In this document: positions 52,366-64,000 of the stretch, piece by piece
Position numbering within the stretch: position 1 is the stretch's first letter
How the letters are laid out: the number at the start of each line of letters is the position of its first letter
Source: Azolla caroliniana
Taxonomy: Eukaryota > Plantae > Polypodiophyta
Direction: 5' to 3'
Length of the DNA stretch: 64,000 nt
NCBI GenBank assembly: GCA_043228905.1
Contig: JBHGNT010000008.1
Location: 6,510,001 to 6,574,000 of the forward strand
Made by a program: the position numbers and the translations under genes
The notes under the pieces: model-generated
The model's database searches: none
What the model saw: only the letters and a program-made list of their open reading frames with translations
What the model was told of the DNA's origin: nothing

Positions 52366-53536
52366 TGTTCTCTGTTTTACGCTTCCGCAAACACTCACGT
52401 TTACATTGTTGAAGGATGTCTGACACGTTGTTCCAGAAGTTCAACTGAACCTGATATCAGTTGGTCGGCTAGATGACGAAGGCTACACGGGTAGCATCCG
52501 GAACGGAGTCATGAAGTTCAGCAAAGGGAGCCTAATAGTGGCTCAATCCTAGAAGGTCAACACATTGTACTTGATGAATGCCCGGATACGTCGATTGCTT
52601 GGCTGGCAAGCAAAACTGAACCTCCTTCCAGTCAACACCACCAATGAGACGGAATGCACCACTTGAGCTGGTGCATACCGATGTGTGTCAAGTGGACATG
52701 AAGTCACATGCCGGACCGCAGTACTTCATGACATTCATAGATGACCACAGCCGGAAGCTGTGGGCTTCACTGTTGAAGATGAAGGATCAGGTGCTCTCTG
52801 TCTTCAAGGAACTCCGCACGAGAGTGGAAAGAGAAACCGGCCGGAAGTTGAAGGTGGTTCGAGCAAACAACGGAGAAGAATATTGGGGGCAGTTCGAGGA
52901 GTATTGTCGTTCAAAGGGAATCCAGCTCGAGTTCACCATGCCGAAGACTCTGGAATTGAACGGGTTGGCTGAACAGATAAACCAGACCATAATGGAGAGA
53001 GTCCGAAGCATGCTTGCACATGCAAAGTTACCCAAGATGTTTTGGGTTGAGGCGCTGACGACGGCAATGTATGTGATAAATAGATCACCCTCAGCACCCT
53101 TAGAAGGAGACTCACCACAGAAAGTATGGACCGGTAAGGACGTACCCTACAAGCATCTAAAGGTGTTCGAATGTCTCACTTATGTGCATGTGGCGAAGGA
53201 CAAGAGAGCAAAGCTGGATCCGAAGTCCTGGTCATGCATATTCCTTGGATACGACGATGATGAGTTCAGTTACCGGGTGTGGGATATGGTCAACAAGAAG
53301 GTGTTCCGGAGTCGAGACATAATCTTCATGGAAGACAGGACCATTGCCGACTAGGAGTCAAAGAAGAAGTTGAAGAACTCCGGATCATCTAATGAAAACC
53401 GGCTTGAGGACACAAGGACTTACCCTGTTAAAAATCAGATGTTAGCTAGTAACTGGATGACACTCGACGAACCGGCCGGATATGGACAAGAAACCGAACT
53501 GACCGAAGAAGAAGAAGAAGAAGAAGAACACACCGG
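46730..53536 (+). mobile_element. Copia F (Tork/TAR-like), interrupted by B and then by E; LTR start uncertain
   Basis: LTR ends 47624; PBS TGGTATCAGAGC 47628-47639; gag from ATG 47654 (MEESFGGMFKLTGSNY); PR WIVDS; IN ORF 52644-53354 (LVHTDVC, NGLAE). Confidence 0.88.
48738..52405 (+). mobile_element. Copia B (A family): PBS, gag, PR and most of IN deleted
   Basis: Near-identical LTRs 48738-~49140 and 51993-52405; LTR joined directly to QKGYKCYNP; RT-RH 49354-51434; PPT 51982-51992; TSD imperfect. Confidence 0.92.
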
Positions 53537-54212
53537 TGTCGCGAAAATACGACGAGGATACGTGAACATTGAGGCAAGACCCCCGGGCCTTTGTCTAGAG
53601 GATATCAAATTCGTGTATTTATATACTAAGAATTAACCGAAATGAGAAAGATTAACAAATTTCATTAATAAAAGGGAAAGAAAGATTACAATCAATCCCA
53701 AGATTGGGATTACAAAAGTTTATCTTATGGAGATGATTAGAATAATAGATTAGAGGAAATAAAAGATTATGATTCTTGAGTGATATGGCTTTGACAAGGA
53801 ATTTTGGATTTTGAGAGATTGCTTCCGTATAGAAATTATGGTTTACTTGAGAGATAGCTTCCGTAGGGAAGATTAGGGTTATTGGCTTCGATAAGATAAG
53901 AGAGCCCCCCAACAAAAGAAAAAAAAAATTTAGATAATATGGAGAGTGAGTCCTAGTGTAGGAAAAAAAAATGGAATAAATATGGAGTTCTCTCTTGATC
54001 ATAGCCTTCCACTTTTTGTTGCATGACCTCTACTTTTAGTTGCCTAGCTTTTTCTTTTGGTTGCATGTGACTATCCACATGACCTTTACTTTTTCCATGC
54101 ACTCCTTCTTTAGTTGCTTGCGTCCACATGGCCTTTACTTTAGTTCTCTTCACTTTACTTTAGTTTGTTGCATGATCCAATCTTTCGTCCGTCCGCGTCC
54201 AACCTCGTCCAG

Positions 54213-54642
54213 TAGCCGGTCCCATTTTGCTTGCCGGTCGGTTCCGGTTCCAATTTTGCTTGCCGGCCGGTTCCGGTTACGGTTTTGCTTGCCGGTTCCA
54301 GTTCCGGTTTTGCTTGCCGGCCGGTTCCGGTTTGCTTGCCAGTTCCGGTTCCGGTTTTGCTTGCCGGCCGGTTCCAGTTTGTTTGCCAGTTCCGGTTCCG
54401 GTTTTGCTTGCCTGCCGGTTCCGGTTTTGCTTACCGGCCGGTTTCCGGTTTTGTTTGCCGGCCGGTTCCGGTTTTGCTTACCGGCCGGTTTCCGGTTTGC
54501 ATACCCGTTCCGGTTCCGGTTTTGCTTGCCGGCCTGTTCCGGTTTTGCTTACCGGCCGGTTTCCGGTTTGCATACCCGTTCCGGTTCCGGTTTTGCTTGC
54601 CGGTCGGTTCCGGTTCCGGTTTGCTTGCCGGCCGGTTTCCGG
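54213..54642. repeat. CCGG-rich degenerate minisatellite within E LTR (continues 62626-62705)
   Basis: Variants of CCGGTTCCGGTTTTGCTTG repeated many times. Confidence 0.92.
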
Positions 54643-55826
54643 TGTCGTGAAGATCTGTCACTACGCGCGGATCATGAGGCGGAACCATTGGGGTTCAGGA
54701 CCGGAAGGATTCAAAGTCAGTACAAGCTTTGGCGAGAAAGTACTTAAGATAGATTGGGAAAGAGAGAAGTTGAGATTAAACGATTGAGAGAGATTGATTG
54801 AACTTTTATCTTTGGATTTAAGAAACAAGTTACACCATCAATTTGATAACGAATTTCTTCTTCTTAATTTCATAATAATAATAATAACGTGTTTTTTCTC
54901 CTCCCCCTTCCTTCTTTTATAGATGCTCTCATGCATATGATGCATGTGAGGGTACAAGAGATGCATAAATTGCATGTTTGCCATTTGGCGCGTATGTATT
55001 ACATGTGGTGCATGATAACCATGTCACTCATTTTAGCTCTCATGTATGAGAATTTATATGTAAAAGTACAATGATAGAAATATAATTTCAACTAAATAGC
55101 ATGGCTTAATGGTAAGTCAATTGATTCCTAACTTGGAGGTGCAAGGTTTGAATCCTTCCTTGCCCTCCTTGTATATGTATATATGTATAATATTTATTTA
55201 TTTATTTATCTAGTTGCCGTCGCCGGTTGCCGTCGGTTACCGGTGCCTCGTCGGATGCCCAATACCGTCGCCGAAAACCTGTGCCTCGCCGTCGCCGGAT
55301 TGCCGTCGGATGCCGGTCTCTCACTGGCGCCGGATGTCGTTGGATCACCGTCACCGGATCGCCGGTCCGGTTTTGGTTGGCCAAAACCCTTTACGAGTAG
55401 CTAGCCCACCTCCACTCTTAGTTCAAGTTACCTTGAACTCTCTATGCTCCACACATAGACACAAAGATAATATCTTTTGCTCCACCTTATATATGATGAG
55501 AGTCGTATTTGTCGTGCCTATGTGGGATATCTCACAATTTTCTCTTTTCCTTTCACAATCTTTATGCCCTCATATCTTGACATTTAGTTGTCCGTTTCTC
55601 GTGTAATAAAGTGCATTCGAAACCTCCATCATTTTGTACTTAGATATTAAATTTATTTAAAATGTTATCTTCACAATTATTGTATTATGTGATTTATACT
55701 CGATTTTGTACGTTTTATGGGATTTTCACACTATTGCCGAAAATCTTCACGACATCCACCCCCACCAAACCGCACGTCCTCCGGTACGTGCCAAGAAGAG
55801 AGAAAGTGAGATTTCGGCTACGATGA

Positions 55827-58800
55827 TCAATTAGATTCCTCCATGTCTTCATTTACATACGCCCCATTATGTTCATCGTCAAGGTAGTCGAGGTCAAGAT
55901 CCTTGTCTTGTCTTTTCTTGGAAATCTTTACTCTTTTTCCCGCAATGGGTACGGCCAACCTTGATCCGTCTAGTTCTGCAAGGTGGTATGTGGCATTATT
56001 GTTGGCACTTGTCACCACATACGGCCCGAACCATCTTCTTGCGAACTTCCTTGTTGTACTGTGTTGATTGTGAAGGGTGCTGTCGTAAACCAAAACCCAA
56101 TCCCCTTCTTCAATCTTCTTGGGACGAAGTCGATGCGTGTTGTCGAACCGAACTTTGTTCTTTACTCGGGCTACCTTCATCATCTTTCGAGCTTTTTCTA
56201 AATCTTCTGGTCTTCTTTCAAGTTGCCTTATCCGCGCCGCTAATAACTCTTCTCGGCTCATCTCGTTCTCCCACGGTATCGCTACCCATGAGGCGATCGT
56301 CCTTTCGATGGGCATAATCGGCTTTTGTCCATACATAAGCTCCGTCCGCATATACCCTGTCACCGAGCTATGTGTCGTTCTATCGGCCCACAAGGCAAAG
56401 GGTAATAGTCGTGGCCAATTCCCGACTCGACCGTTGCATGCCTGTACGATGGCATTAACGATAGGTCCATGCCCTCGCTCGATCTTCCCATTTGCTTCCG
56501 GATTGTAGGCAGTCGTGAGGGACAGCTTCACGCCTAGTTTTTCGAAGAGCTCCGTCTCTTCGTGCGCGTCCAACTCCCCTCGGTCGGCCACTATCTTCCC
56601 TACACATCCATATCGGCAAACAACATCTTCAAGTAAAAATTTACAAACAGCTAAAGTCGTCTTATTTGTCAAGGCTTGTCCTTCCACTTGATTTGTCAAG
56701 TCTTCCCTTGCCAGCGCTAAGTACTTCATTTGTCCCACTCCCATTGGCATCGAGACCAGATCCACCATCCATTTGAAGTGTATGGTGAGTGGGTATGTCG
56801 GCTTTAACTCCTCACGATGACGTATATTTGAATATATTTGGCAATTTCGCATGTGGACACGAAATGGAGTACATCTTTGAACATGCTTGGCCACCAGTAC
56901 TTCTCCTTCAACTTTTCGAACGTCGCCCATGTTCCTCTATGACCTGCCCAAGTACTCTCGTGGAATTCGGTCATCAGCATCTCATGCTCTTCTTTCTTTA
57001 CCACCACTCGACGTGGTATTCCTGTCCTCCCTTCAAGAAGTATCGGTAAGCTTTCTTTCGGATTCGTAGGGCCTCCTCCTTTGTCAACGAAGCATCTGTC
57101 GTCAATGTTCTTAGGAATCTATCGATGAGTAACCACTCTCCTTCGTACTCGTTCTCGTTGAAGGCGTGGAGGGTTTGTGTGTCCTGGTATTCCGCCGACA
57201 ATCGAGCCATCTTGAAGAAGTCGAGGGCGACATCTTCATCTTCCGAAACCATGTTACTTCCATTTGAAAATCTTGCCCTCGACAGCATGTCAGCCATGGC
57301 GTTCTTCTTCCCTGCAATGTGACGGATCTCTGGGTTTAAAGACTTGATGTAGGCGATCCACCTCAGCATAGCAAGATCTGGGGTCGCACATCCCGAGATC
57401 ATTCCGAGAATTGGGAGACAATCTGTCTCTATTATCACTTTTGACCCGATCAGGTAATCTTTGTCCGTCTTCACTGCTGACACAATACCCCAAAGTTCCC
57501 GCTTGACTTGGGCATATCTTTGTTGTCGTTTGCTGAGAACCTTTGCTCCGAACCGGACGGCATATCGTGCATTATCTTCACCTTCTTGATTGATGACCCA
57601 CCCGATTCCGGTTGGGCTCGTATCTACGGTCACGTAAATTGGTTTCCCTTCGGCATAGTCGGCCTTCCTTAGTGCCGGAGCTTCAAGAAGCAGTTTCTTT
57701 AATCTCCGCATCGCCTTTGTGTGCTCGTCTCGCCATTCAAACTTTATTCTTTTCTTTAGTAGTCCATATAACGGTTCGGCGACATGAGTGTAGTGAGGAA
57801 TCCATATATGATAAAACGCGCACGCTCCAAGGAACCTTCGAACCTCCGTTTGGTTTTCGCATTCTTCTTTCATGTCTTGGATTGCGTTCACTTTGGATGG
57901 CGAGGGCTTCCGGCTGTATGGTCCACACAAGTGACCTACCACCAAGATCTTTGGTTGCCCGAATGCGGATTTTTCTCCCGAAAATGTCAAATTCACATCT
58001 TCGAGCCTTTGAAGCACCTTCTCGCAATCTTTCATATGATCCATGACGAACTTTCTACAACCTTCCTTATCTTTCAATTGATCTTTCTCCTCATCCGAAC
58101 ATCCTTTTATCGGAATATCATCCAAGAATGGCATCGTGATGTCCGGAATGCAATCCTTCAAGACTTTATTCATGGCATTCACCATATGAGCCACCGAGTT
58201 CGTTGCGCCTTGGGGTAAGGTACACATCCGCACAAGCCCGACCGGAGTCCTCATGGTTGTAATGTCCCGACTGTCGATCGCCAATTGGAATTGGTCATAT
58301 CCGGAGTAGAGATCGCAAATGGAGTAAATGGACCGGCCCGCAAACGCTTCGGCAAATTCGTCCACGCTCAGACCGATTCCGGCATTTCGAATTGTCACCT
58401 TGTTGACGGGTTGAAGATCTTGGATGAATCGCAATGATCCATTCTTCTTCGGCACCGTGAACCACCTATTGGAATAAGGAGCATTCGACGGTTCTAGAAT
58501 TCCCATACTCACCTTCTACTTTAAGAGCTCGATCAGCTTCGGAAGGTGTGCTCTCGGAACCGGTATCGGTTTCAAATTCCAAGGCACATGAGGCACCGTG
58601 AAGATCACCATCGGCTCTATAACCTTTGGGTCGGCGCATCCGATTTCTCGTGGGAAGAATGCGAAAGCCTTCCCATGTCTCTCAAGCATATTGCGAAACA
58701 TTCGCTCCTCTTCAGGGAGAAGGAAATCCTCCTTTCCAACTCGTAGCTTCCCCTTCGTCTCTTTGATGAAGATATGACCTATCTTCTTCGGATCTCTTAA

Positions 58801-59292
58801 GCTTGGATCGTTAGCGACTTCCTTCATCTTTTGCCAGCTATCTTCCAGTAGCGGAACCGCAACTGGCTTGATCTTCTTATCCACCGTTTTATATTTCGTG
58901 TTGATGTTAGCTTCCTTCATCGAGATGCCACGACGGTATTCATCGATGATAGCGTACATGTTGACGGAGTTAACCGAAATCACGCGTTGATTGTGAAGAT
59001 AGCTCAAGTCCACAATGTCCTCGATTTCGCCGATGGTGTCGTTAAATGAGGCTTCTTCCATAATATGAACTAGAAACTCTCCTTCTTCTATTATGTTTTC
59101 TTCTTTCAGCATCTTCTCGAATTCTTGTATCCGGCGCTTGTGCTTCTTGTCGGGTAGTACTAGTTTACATGCGCCACTAGGTGTGACACATGTTGCTTCT
59201 CCTCGCAATCCACGCACTCTTCTTTCTTGTGGGGTCTTGTGATTGCTTGGACTATTTGTGCCCCATGCTTCAATAGTCCGCTCTAAAAATCC
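55827..59292 (-). pseudogene. pol: Gypsy D pol (RT, RH, IN), few lesions
   Basis: ORFs 58516-59313, 56998-58512 (DLYSGYDQ, LPQG, FLDD) and 55827-56930. Confidence 0.93.
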
Positions 59293-61466
59293 GAGGATTC
59301 GCCTCCGAGACAATCTCGATTCCTTTCATGATTGGCTCGCACCGTTAGGAATTGGACCGATCTTTGGTTGTCAAGACTCTTTATTCGTGCGAAGGCTGCT
59401 CCATTATCGAACACTTTGGTCTCCATCCGAGATGATGTGATATAAGGTTGTCCTAGGATAACAGGATGCGACACTGATTCTTATACGAAGAAGTGTTGAT
59501 CCATCTCCACATCCCCAATCGTGACTTTGACATTGGGACAAGCTCCGTACAAGTCCTCCGTAGACTTTGTTGCCGCGCGAATCTTCCATCCGTGGTTTGT
59601 ATTGATTGGCCCATCTTCCCTTTTTGTAGAAGTCGGTTGACATGAGGTTGATCTCCGAGCCGTGGTCGATCAAGGCTAAGACGGTTTCTTTCTTCTCCCC
59701 GATCTTCACCGGCTTCTTCGTTGTCGCTCGTGCCCAATGAGGTCGACTGTAGTGGTTGTTCACCATATCTTCATCGATTTCGTCTCTTGCCATTGTTATG
59801 GCATTCGTTTTTGCTTTTTGCGTCTTCTCTTCTTCCTCGTCCGACTGTTGTCTCTTTCTCTTTACAAGGTCCACGATCGTGTCATGGAACTCCTTCGTAA
59901 TGCCAAGCAATTCCCTCAAGGACAAAGTTACGTGGCTATCAAGAACTCGTTCTTCGAGAATCTTCTTTAGGTCCGTCGTCTGCTCTATGTTTGACCTTAG
60001 CTTGTAGGTAGGTATAGTCCTTGTCCTCCGAGCGGGGTCTTCGACACCAACCTTCACGGGCCGAACCGTTTCTTCAACTCGTATGCTCAGCTCCCCTTTT
60101 CGGCTTGATTCTCGTTCCTCCGTTTGTAAAGGTCGACTCGTCTCCGCATCGTCCTTCTTTTTCGCGTTCCTTGTTTCATGTCTTTTTGATGGCCCTTGTT
60201 CTTCTATTCTCTTTCTCTTTTCTTCGACGAACACCTCGTGGTTGTCGCACATCACCTCTGCGAGTATGGTGTTGTCATCCACCGGATCCGACCACCCGGT
60301 TATGCTTTGCACGCTTCGGTCCGCAAGCTCTACCTCGTTCGATGTGATTCGAGAACGAAAGTCCAAAACTTTTCTCCCGCTCTAGCAGCTTCAGTCTTGT
60401 CTTTCCCGACTCTTATTCCGGCCGACGCAGCATAGTGCATCGCATCCACATGAGTCGCATCGGCATCCTCCATAGATCTCTTCATTCCTCCTCTTCCGAA
60501 ATTCACCCGTAGGGGTCTTCTAGTCTCGCTTGAGCAGATCATGTTGTCCTCCATGTATACGATATTTTGTCGAATCGCCTCTCGAAGGCTCGCACAATCC
60601 CTTCTCATGTGGTACATGCTATCGCACCACACACATCTAAAGGGTTCTTTTCCTTTAGGGCCCCGACGATTCATGTTGGCTAGCGTGACCTTCTCGAACT
60701 TCTTCCCTAGCTCTTCAATGATGTCGTCATCAATCTTCTTTTCTTCCTCGTTACTTTGTCTTGGTGGCTCAGCTACTTTCGGCGGTCTTGCTTTCTCCGT
60801 GGTAGTCGGTCCCGTCAAGTCGGTGTCATCAACCCATTGGCGACGCTTGTCGAGCCTATTGCATGCCCGCTTCACCGCGATCCAGTCCGCTACGAGCCCA
60901 TTTGCTTGGGTATCATCTTCGAGAAGAGTCCCCAACTCCCGTCTATCCTTTATGTCCATGGCCTTCAAGAAGTACAAAGTCTTGTCCTCTTCAAGCAACA
61001 CTTGGTCCGTATTGGGGAGACGACTAAACATCTGGTCGAATTCGTCGTACACCCTCGAGACGCTCATCTTCTTATTCTTCTTCTCTATCCACTTCATCAG
61101 GGCATGTCGAGTCATCCTCGTTGAGTCTTCAGTCACGAACTCCGCTAGTATCGTTTTCTCGAACTCGGACCATGTTGTCTTACCTTCTTGAAGCTTGATG
61201 ACGCGTCTTTGGATGTTGTTGGCGACAACTCTCTTGAAGCTTGCGATTTGACGTGCCTCGGACACGTCCCTCTGATTCATCTCCCTTCTATATGCATCAA
61301 GGAACTTCGTAACGTTCCTTCCATCGAATTGGCCCTCGAGCTCTACGACACGATCGACAGCCTTCTCCACGCTCGCATCGTTGTCCCGAGATCTCATCAT
61401 TTGCTCGACGATTAGCATCATCCTTTCGAGCTCTCCTGCTTGGTTGCTTGAGGACGCCATCTCCAA
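59283..61466 (-). pseudogene. gag: Gypsy D gag plus protease
   Basis: ORF 60330-61466 with CVWCDSMYHMRRDC; LIDHGSEINL (59404-60366); VILGQPY..ESSDF* (59283-59474). Confidence 0.88.
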
Positions 61467-61501
61467 GTATTAATCTCGACTTGATCCTTCCTACCACCTC
61501 A

Positions 61502-61520
61502 TTTCACGTCGGGTTCACCA
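61502..61520 (-). promoter_or_regulatory. PBS complementary to tRNA-Trp 3' end
   Basis: + strand TTCACGTCGGGTTCACCA matches the recalled plant cytosolic tRNA-Trp 3' end; 8-nt spacer to LTR. Confidence 0.8.
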
Positions 61521-61980
61521 CTTAATTATGTCGTGAAGATCCGTCACTACGCGCGGATCGTGAGGCGGAACCGCCGGGGTTCTGGACCCGAAGGATTCAA
61601 AGTCGGTACAAGCTTTGGCGAGAAAGTACTTAAGATAGATTGGGAAAGAGAGAAGTTGAGATTAAACGATTGAGAGAGATTGATTGAACTTTTATCTTTG
61701 GATTTAAGAAACAAGTTACACCATCAATTTGATAACGAATTTCTTCTTCTTAATTTCATAATAATAATAAAAACGTGTTTTTTCTCCTCCCCCTTCCTTC
61801 TTTTATAGATGCTCTCATGCATATGATGCATGTGAGGGTACAAGAGATGCATAAATTGCATGTTTGCCATTTGGCGCTTATGTATTACATGTGGTGCATG
61901 ATAACCATGTCACTCATTTTAGCTCTCATTTATGAAAATTTACATGTAAAAGTACAATGATAGAAATATAATTTCAACTA

Positions 61981-62054
61981 AATAGCATGGCTTAATGGTA
62001 AGCCAATTGATTCCTAACTTGGAGGTGCAAGGTTCGAATCCTTCCTTGCCCTCC
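61981..62054 (+). promoter_or_regulatory. Degenerate tRNA-like module in D LTR (second copy ~55095-55168 with TTCGA>TTTGA)
   Basis: A box TGGCTTAATGG at 61988, B box GGTTCGAATCC at 62031. Confidence 0.65.
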
Positions 62055-63085
62055 TTGTATATGTATATATGTATAATATTTATATATTTATTTATCTAGT
62101 CGCCGGACGCCGGTTGCCATCGGTTACCGGTGCCTCGCCGGATACCGGTGCCGCCGCCTCGCCGTCGCCGGATTGCCGTCGGATGCCGGTCTCTCACTGG
62201 CGCCGGATGCCGTCGGATCACCGGCTCCATCACCGGTCCGGTTTTGGTTGGCCAAAACCCTTTACGAGTAGCTAGCCCACCTCCACTCTTAGTTCAAGTT
62301 ACCTTGAACTCTCTATGCTCCACACATAGACACAAAGATAATATCTTTTGCTCCACCTTATATATGATGAGAGACGTATTTGTCGTGCCTGTGTGGGATA
62401 TCTCACAATTTTCTCTTTTCCTTTCACAAACTTTATGCCCTCATATCTTGACATTTAGTTGTTCGTTTCTCGTGTAATAAAGTGCATTCGAAACCTCCAT
62501 CATTTTGTACTTAGATATTAAATTTATTTAAAATGTTATCTTCACAATTATTGTATTATGTGATTTATACTCGATTTTGTACGTTTTATGGGATTTTCAC
62601 ACTATTGCCGAAAATCTTCACGACACCGTATTGCATACCGGCCGATTTCCGGATTTACTTACCGGACCCGTTTTCCAGATTTGCTTACCTCCCGGTTTCC
62701 GGTTTTAGGGAATTTGGCCACCATCATCCATCAAGACAAAGTGGCCAAAGTGCTCTTAGCACAAATGAAAAATGAGGGAGCTCAAGGTGTTTATATAGCC
62801 AGGGCCTTAACTTTCCTATCTATGTGGGATAGTTCTAATTTCCCTATCTAATCAAACTTTATTTTCTCATAACTTGATATGTATTTCTCCATTTTGTATA
62901 TAGTAAAATACATTTTGAAGCTCTTGAGTATATCCATCTTTCTATAGTAAGCTACTAATCTAATCTATAATAATTATTTCATTATTTTTTTACATAGTGT
63001 GTGAAGATTCACACGACATTCGCCCCCACCAAACCTGCACATCCACCGGTATGTGCCAATTTTGGTGAGGATTCATTTTTGTTTA

Positions 63086-63997
63086 CTATACTTTTTCATC
63101 GATGCTTAAGACTGAATCGTCAAAAGCTTCGAATCCAATTTCTATTCTATCTCTTCTCTTGAAGATCTTGATTCTTTTACCGGCAATTGGCAAGGCAAGT
63201 GGTGTACCATCCAGTTCTACTAAATGATATGTTGCATTATCTTCCACTTTCTTCACCACATATGGCCCAAACCATCGTTGTGAGAATTTTCGAGTCGTAC
63301 TATGTTGGTTATCTAGGCTACTGTCATAGACTAGCACCCAATCTCCTTCAACGATTTTCCTCGGCCGAAGTCGATGTCGTTTATCGAAGTCTTTCTTGTT
63401 CTTTAGCCTTGCATTCTTTAGTCGCGCTTTAGCCACCTCTACGTCTTCCAAATTCCGCTCTAATTGTCGAATCCTCAATGCTAGAAGATCTTCTCTACTT
63501 ATCTCATCTTGCCATGGCAATGCAAACCATGAAATAATACTTTGTTCTACCGGCATTATTGGCTTTTGTCCGAATATGAGCTCTATCGGCATGTATCTCG
63601 TCACCGTGCTATGAGTAGTCCTGTCAGCCCATAATGCAAATGGCAATAGACGTGGCCATTCTCCTATTTTCCCATGGCAAGCTTTCACTAGAGCCTTCAC
63701 AATCGGTCCATGTCCACGTTCCACCTTCCCATTTGCTTCCGGATTATATGCCATGGTAAGAGATAATTTGATTCCCATCCTCGAGAAGAATTCTCTAGCT
63801 TCATTGGCGTCCAACTCGCCTCTATCAGCCATTATCTTGCCGACGCAACCATATTTGCAAATAACATCTTCAAGAAGGAATCGGCATACCGATGATGTCT
63901 CCTTAGTTCTTAATGCTCGCCCTTCAACTTGATTGGTAAGATCCTCTCTCGCGAGCACAAGATACTTCATCTGCCATTGTCCCATTGGCATCATCAC
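63086..63997 (-). CDS. pol: Gypsy E integrase (uninterrupted, partial)
   Basis: 303-aa ORF collinear with C/D integrase (AREDLTNQVEGR, YNPEANGKVERGH, WFGPY). Confidence 0.9.
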   Translation of the reverse strand: MMMPMGQWQMKYLVLAREDLTNQVEGRALRTKETSSVCRFLLEDVICKYGCVGKIMADRGELDANEAREFFSRMGIKLSLTMAYNPEANGKVERGHGPIVKALVKACHGKIGEWPRLLPFALWADRTTHSTVTRYMPIELIFGQKPIMPVEQSIISWFALPWQDEISREDLLALRIRQLERNLEDVEVAKARLKNARLKNKKDFDKRHRLRPRKIVEGDWVLVYDSSLDNQHSTTRKFSQRWFGPYVVKKVEDNATYHLVELDGTPLALPIAGKRIKIFKRRDRIEIGFEAFDDSVLSIDEKV

Positions 63998-64000
63998 TAT

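Larger units (their letters stand above)
54643..62625 (-). mobile_element. Full-length gypsy D nested in the E LTR array
   Basis: LTRs 54643-55754 and 61529-62625 with 12-bp terminal inverted repeats; flanks CCGG/CCGT; PPT 55755-55766; gag-PR-RT-RH-IN. Confidence 0.95.
53537..64000 (-). mobile_element. Gypsy E (related to C/D): 3' LTR (53537-54642 plus 62626-63018), PPT and integrase; continues beyond window
   Basis: TGTCGCGAAAAT..CACACGACA; PPT GGTGGGGGCGAA at 63019-63030; flank CCGG. Confidence 0.88.

Noticed and set aside
48733-52410. Perfect TSD for copia B
   Set aside because: Flanks AAGTT versus TTGTT match only 3 of 5
54040-54787. Overlapping long ORFs (RFRFCLPAG.., PVPVLLAG..)
   Set aside because: Artefacts of a stop-free CCGG minisatellite within an LTR
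61981-62054. Functional tRNA genes in LTRs
   Set aside because: Acceptor and anticodon stems do not pair; kept only as tRNA-like promoter modules

Overview
No cellular genes are recognisable. The window is a dense nest of mostly decayed LTR retrotransposons (Ty1/copia and Ty3/gypsy), solo LTRs and one LINE fragment. It looks like land-plant heterochromatin, probably from a non-seed plant (inference from the lineage mix). Most boundaries were resolved by eye from TG..CA ends and target-site duplications (TSDs). Highlights: (1) a tRNA-Trp-primed gypsy family with 4-bp, CG-centred target sites and a conserved G_GAU_UUU slippery site plus pseudoknot between protease and RT; (2) degenerate tRNA-like A-box/B-box modules in antisense in the U3 of two unrelated gypsy LTR families; (3) a chromovirus with Tf1-like self-priming geometry and its own -1 frameshift signal; (4) a gag/pol-less element whose only cargo is a ~940-codon antisense ORF next to the PBS; (5) a copia family with an in-frame tail after RNase H and two PPT-like tracts. 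All calls are by inspection, without database searches.
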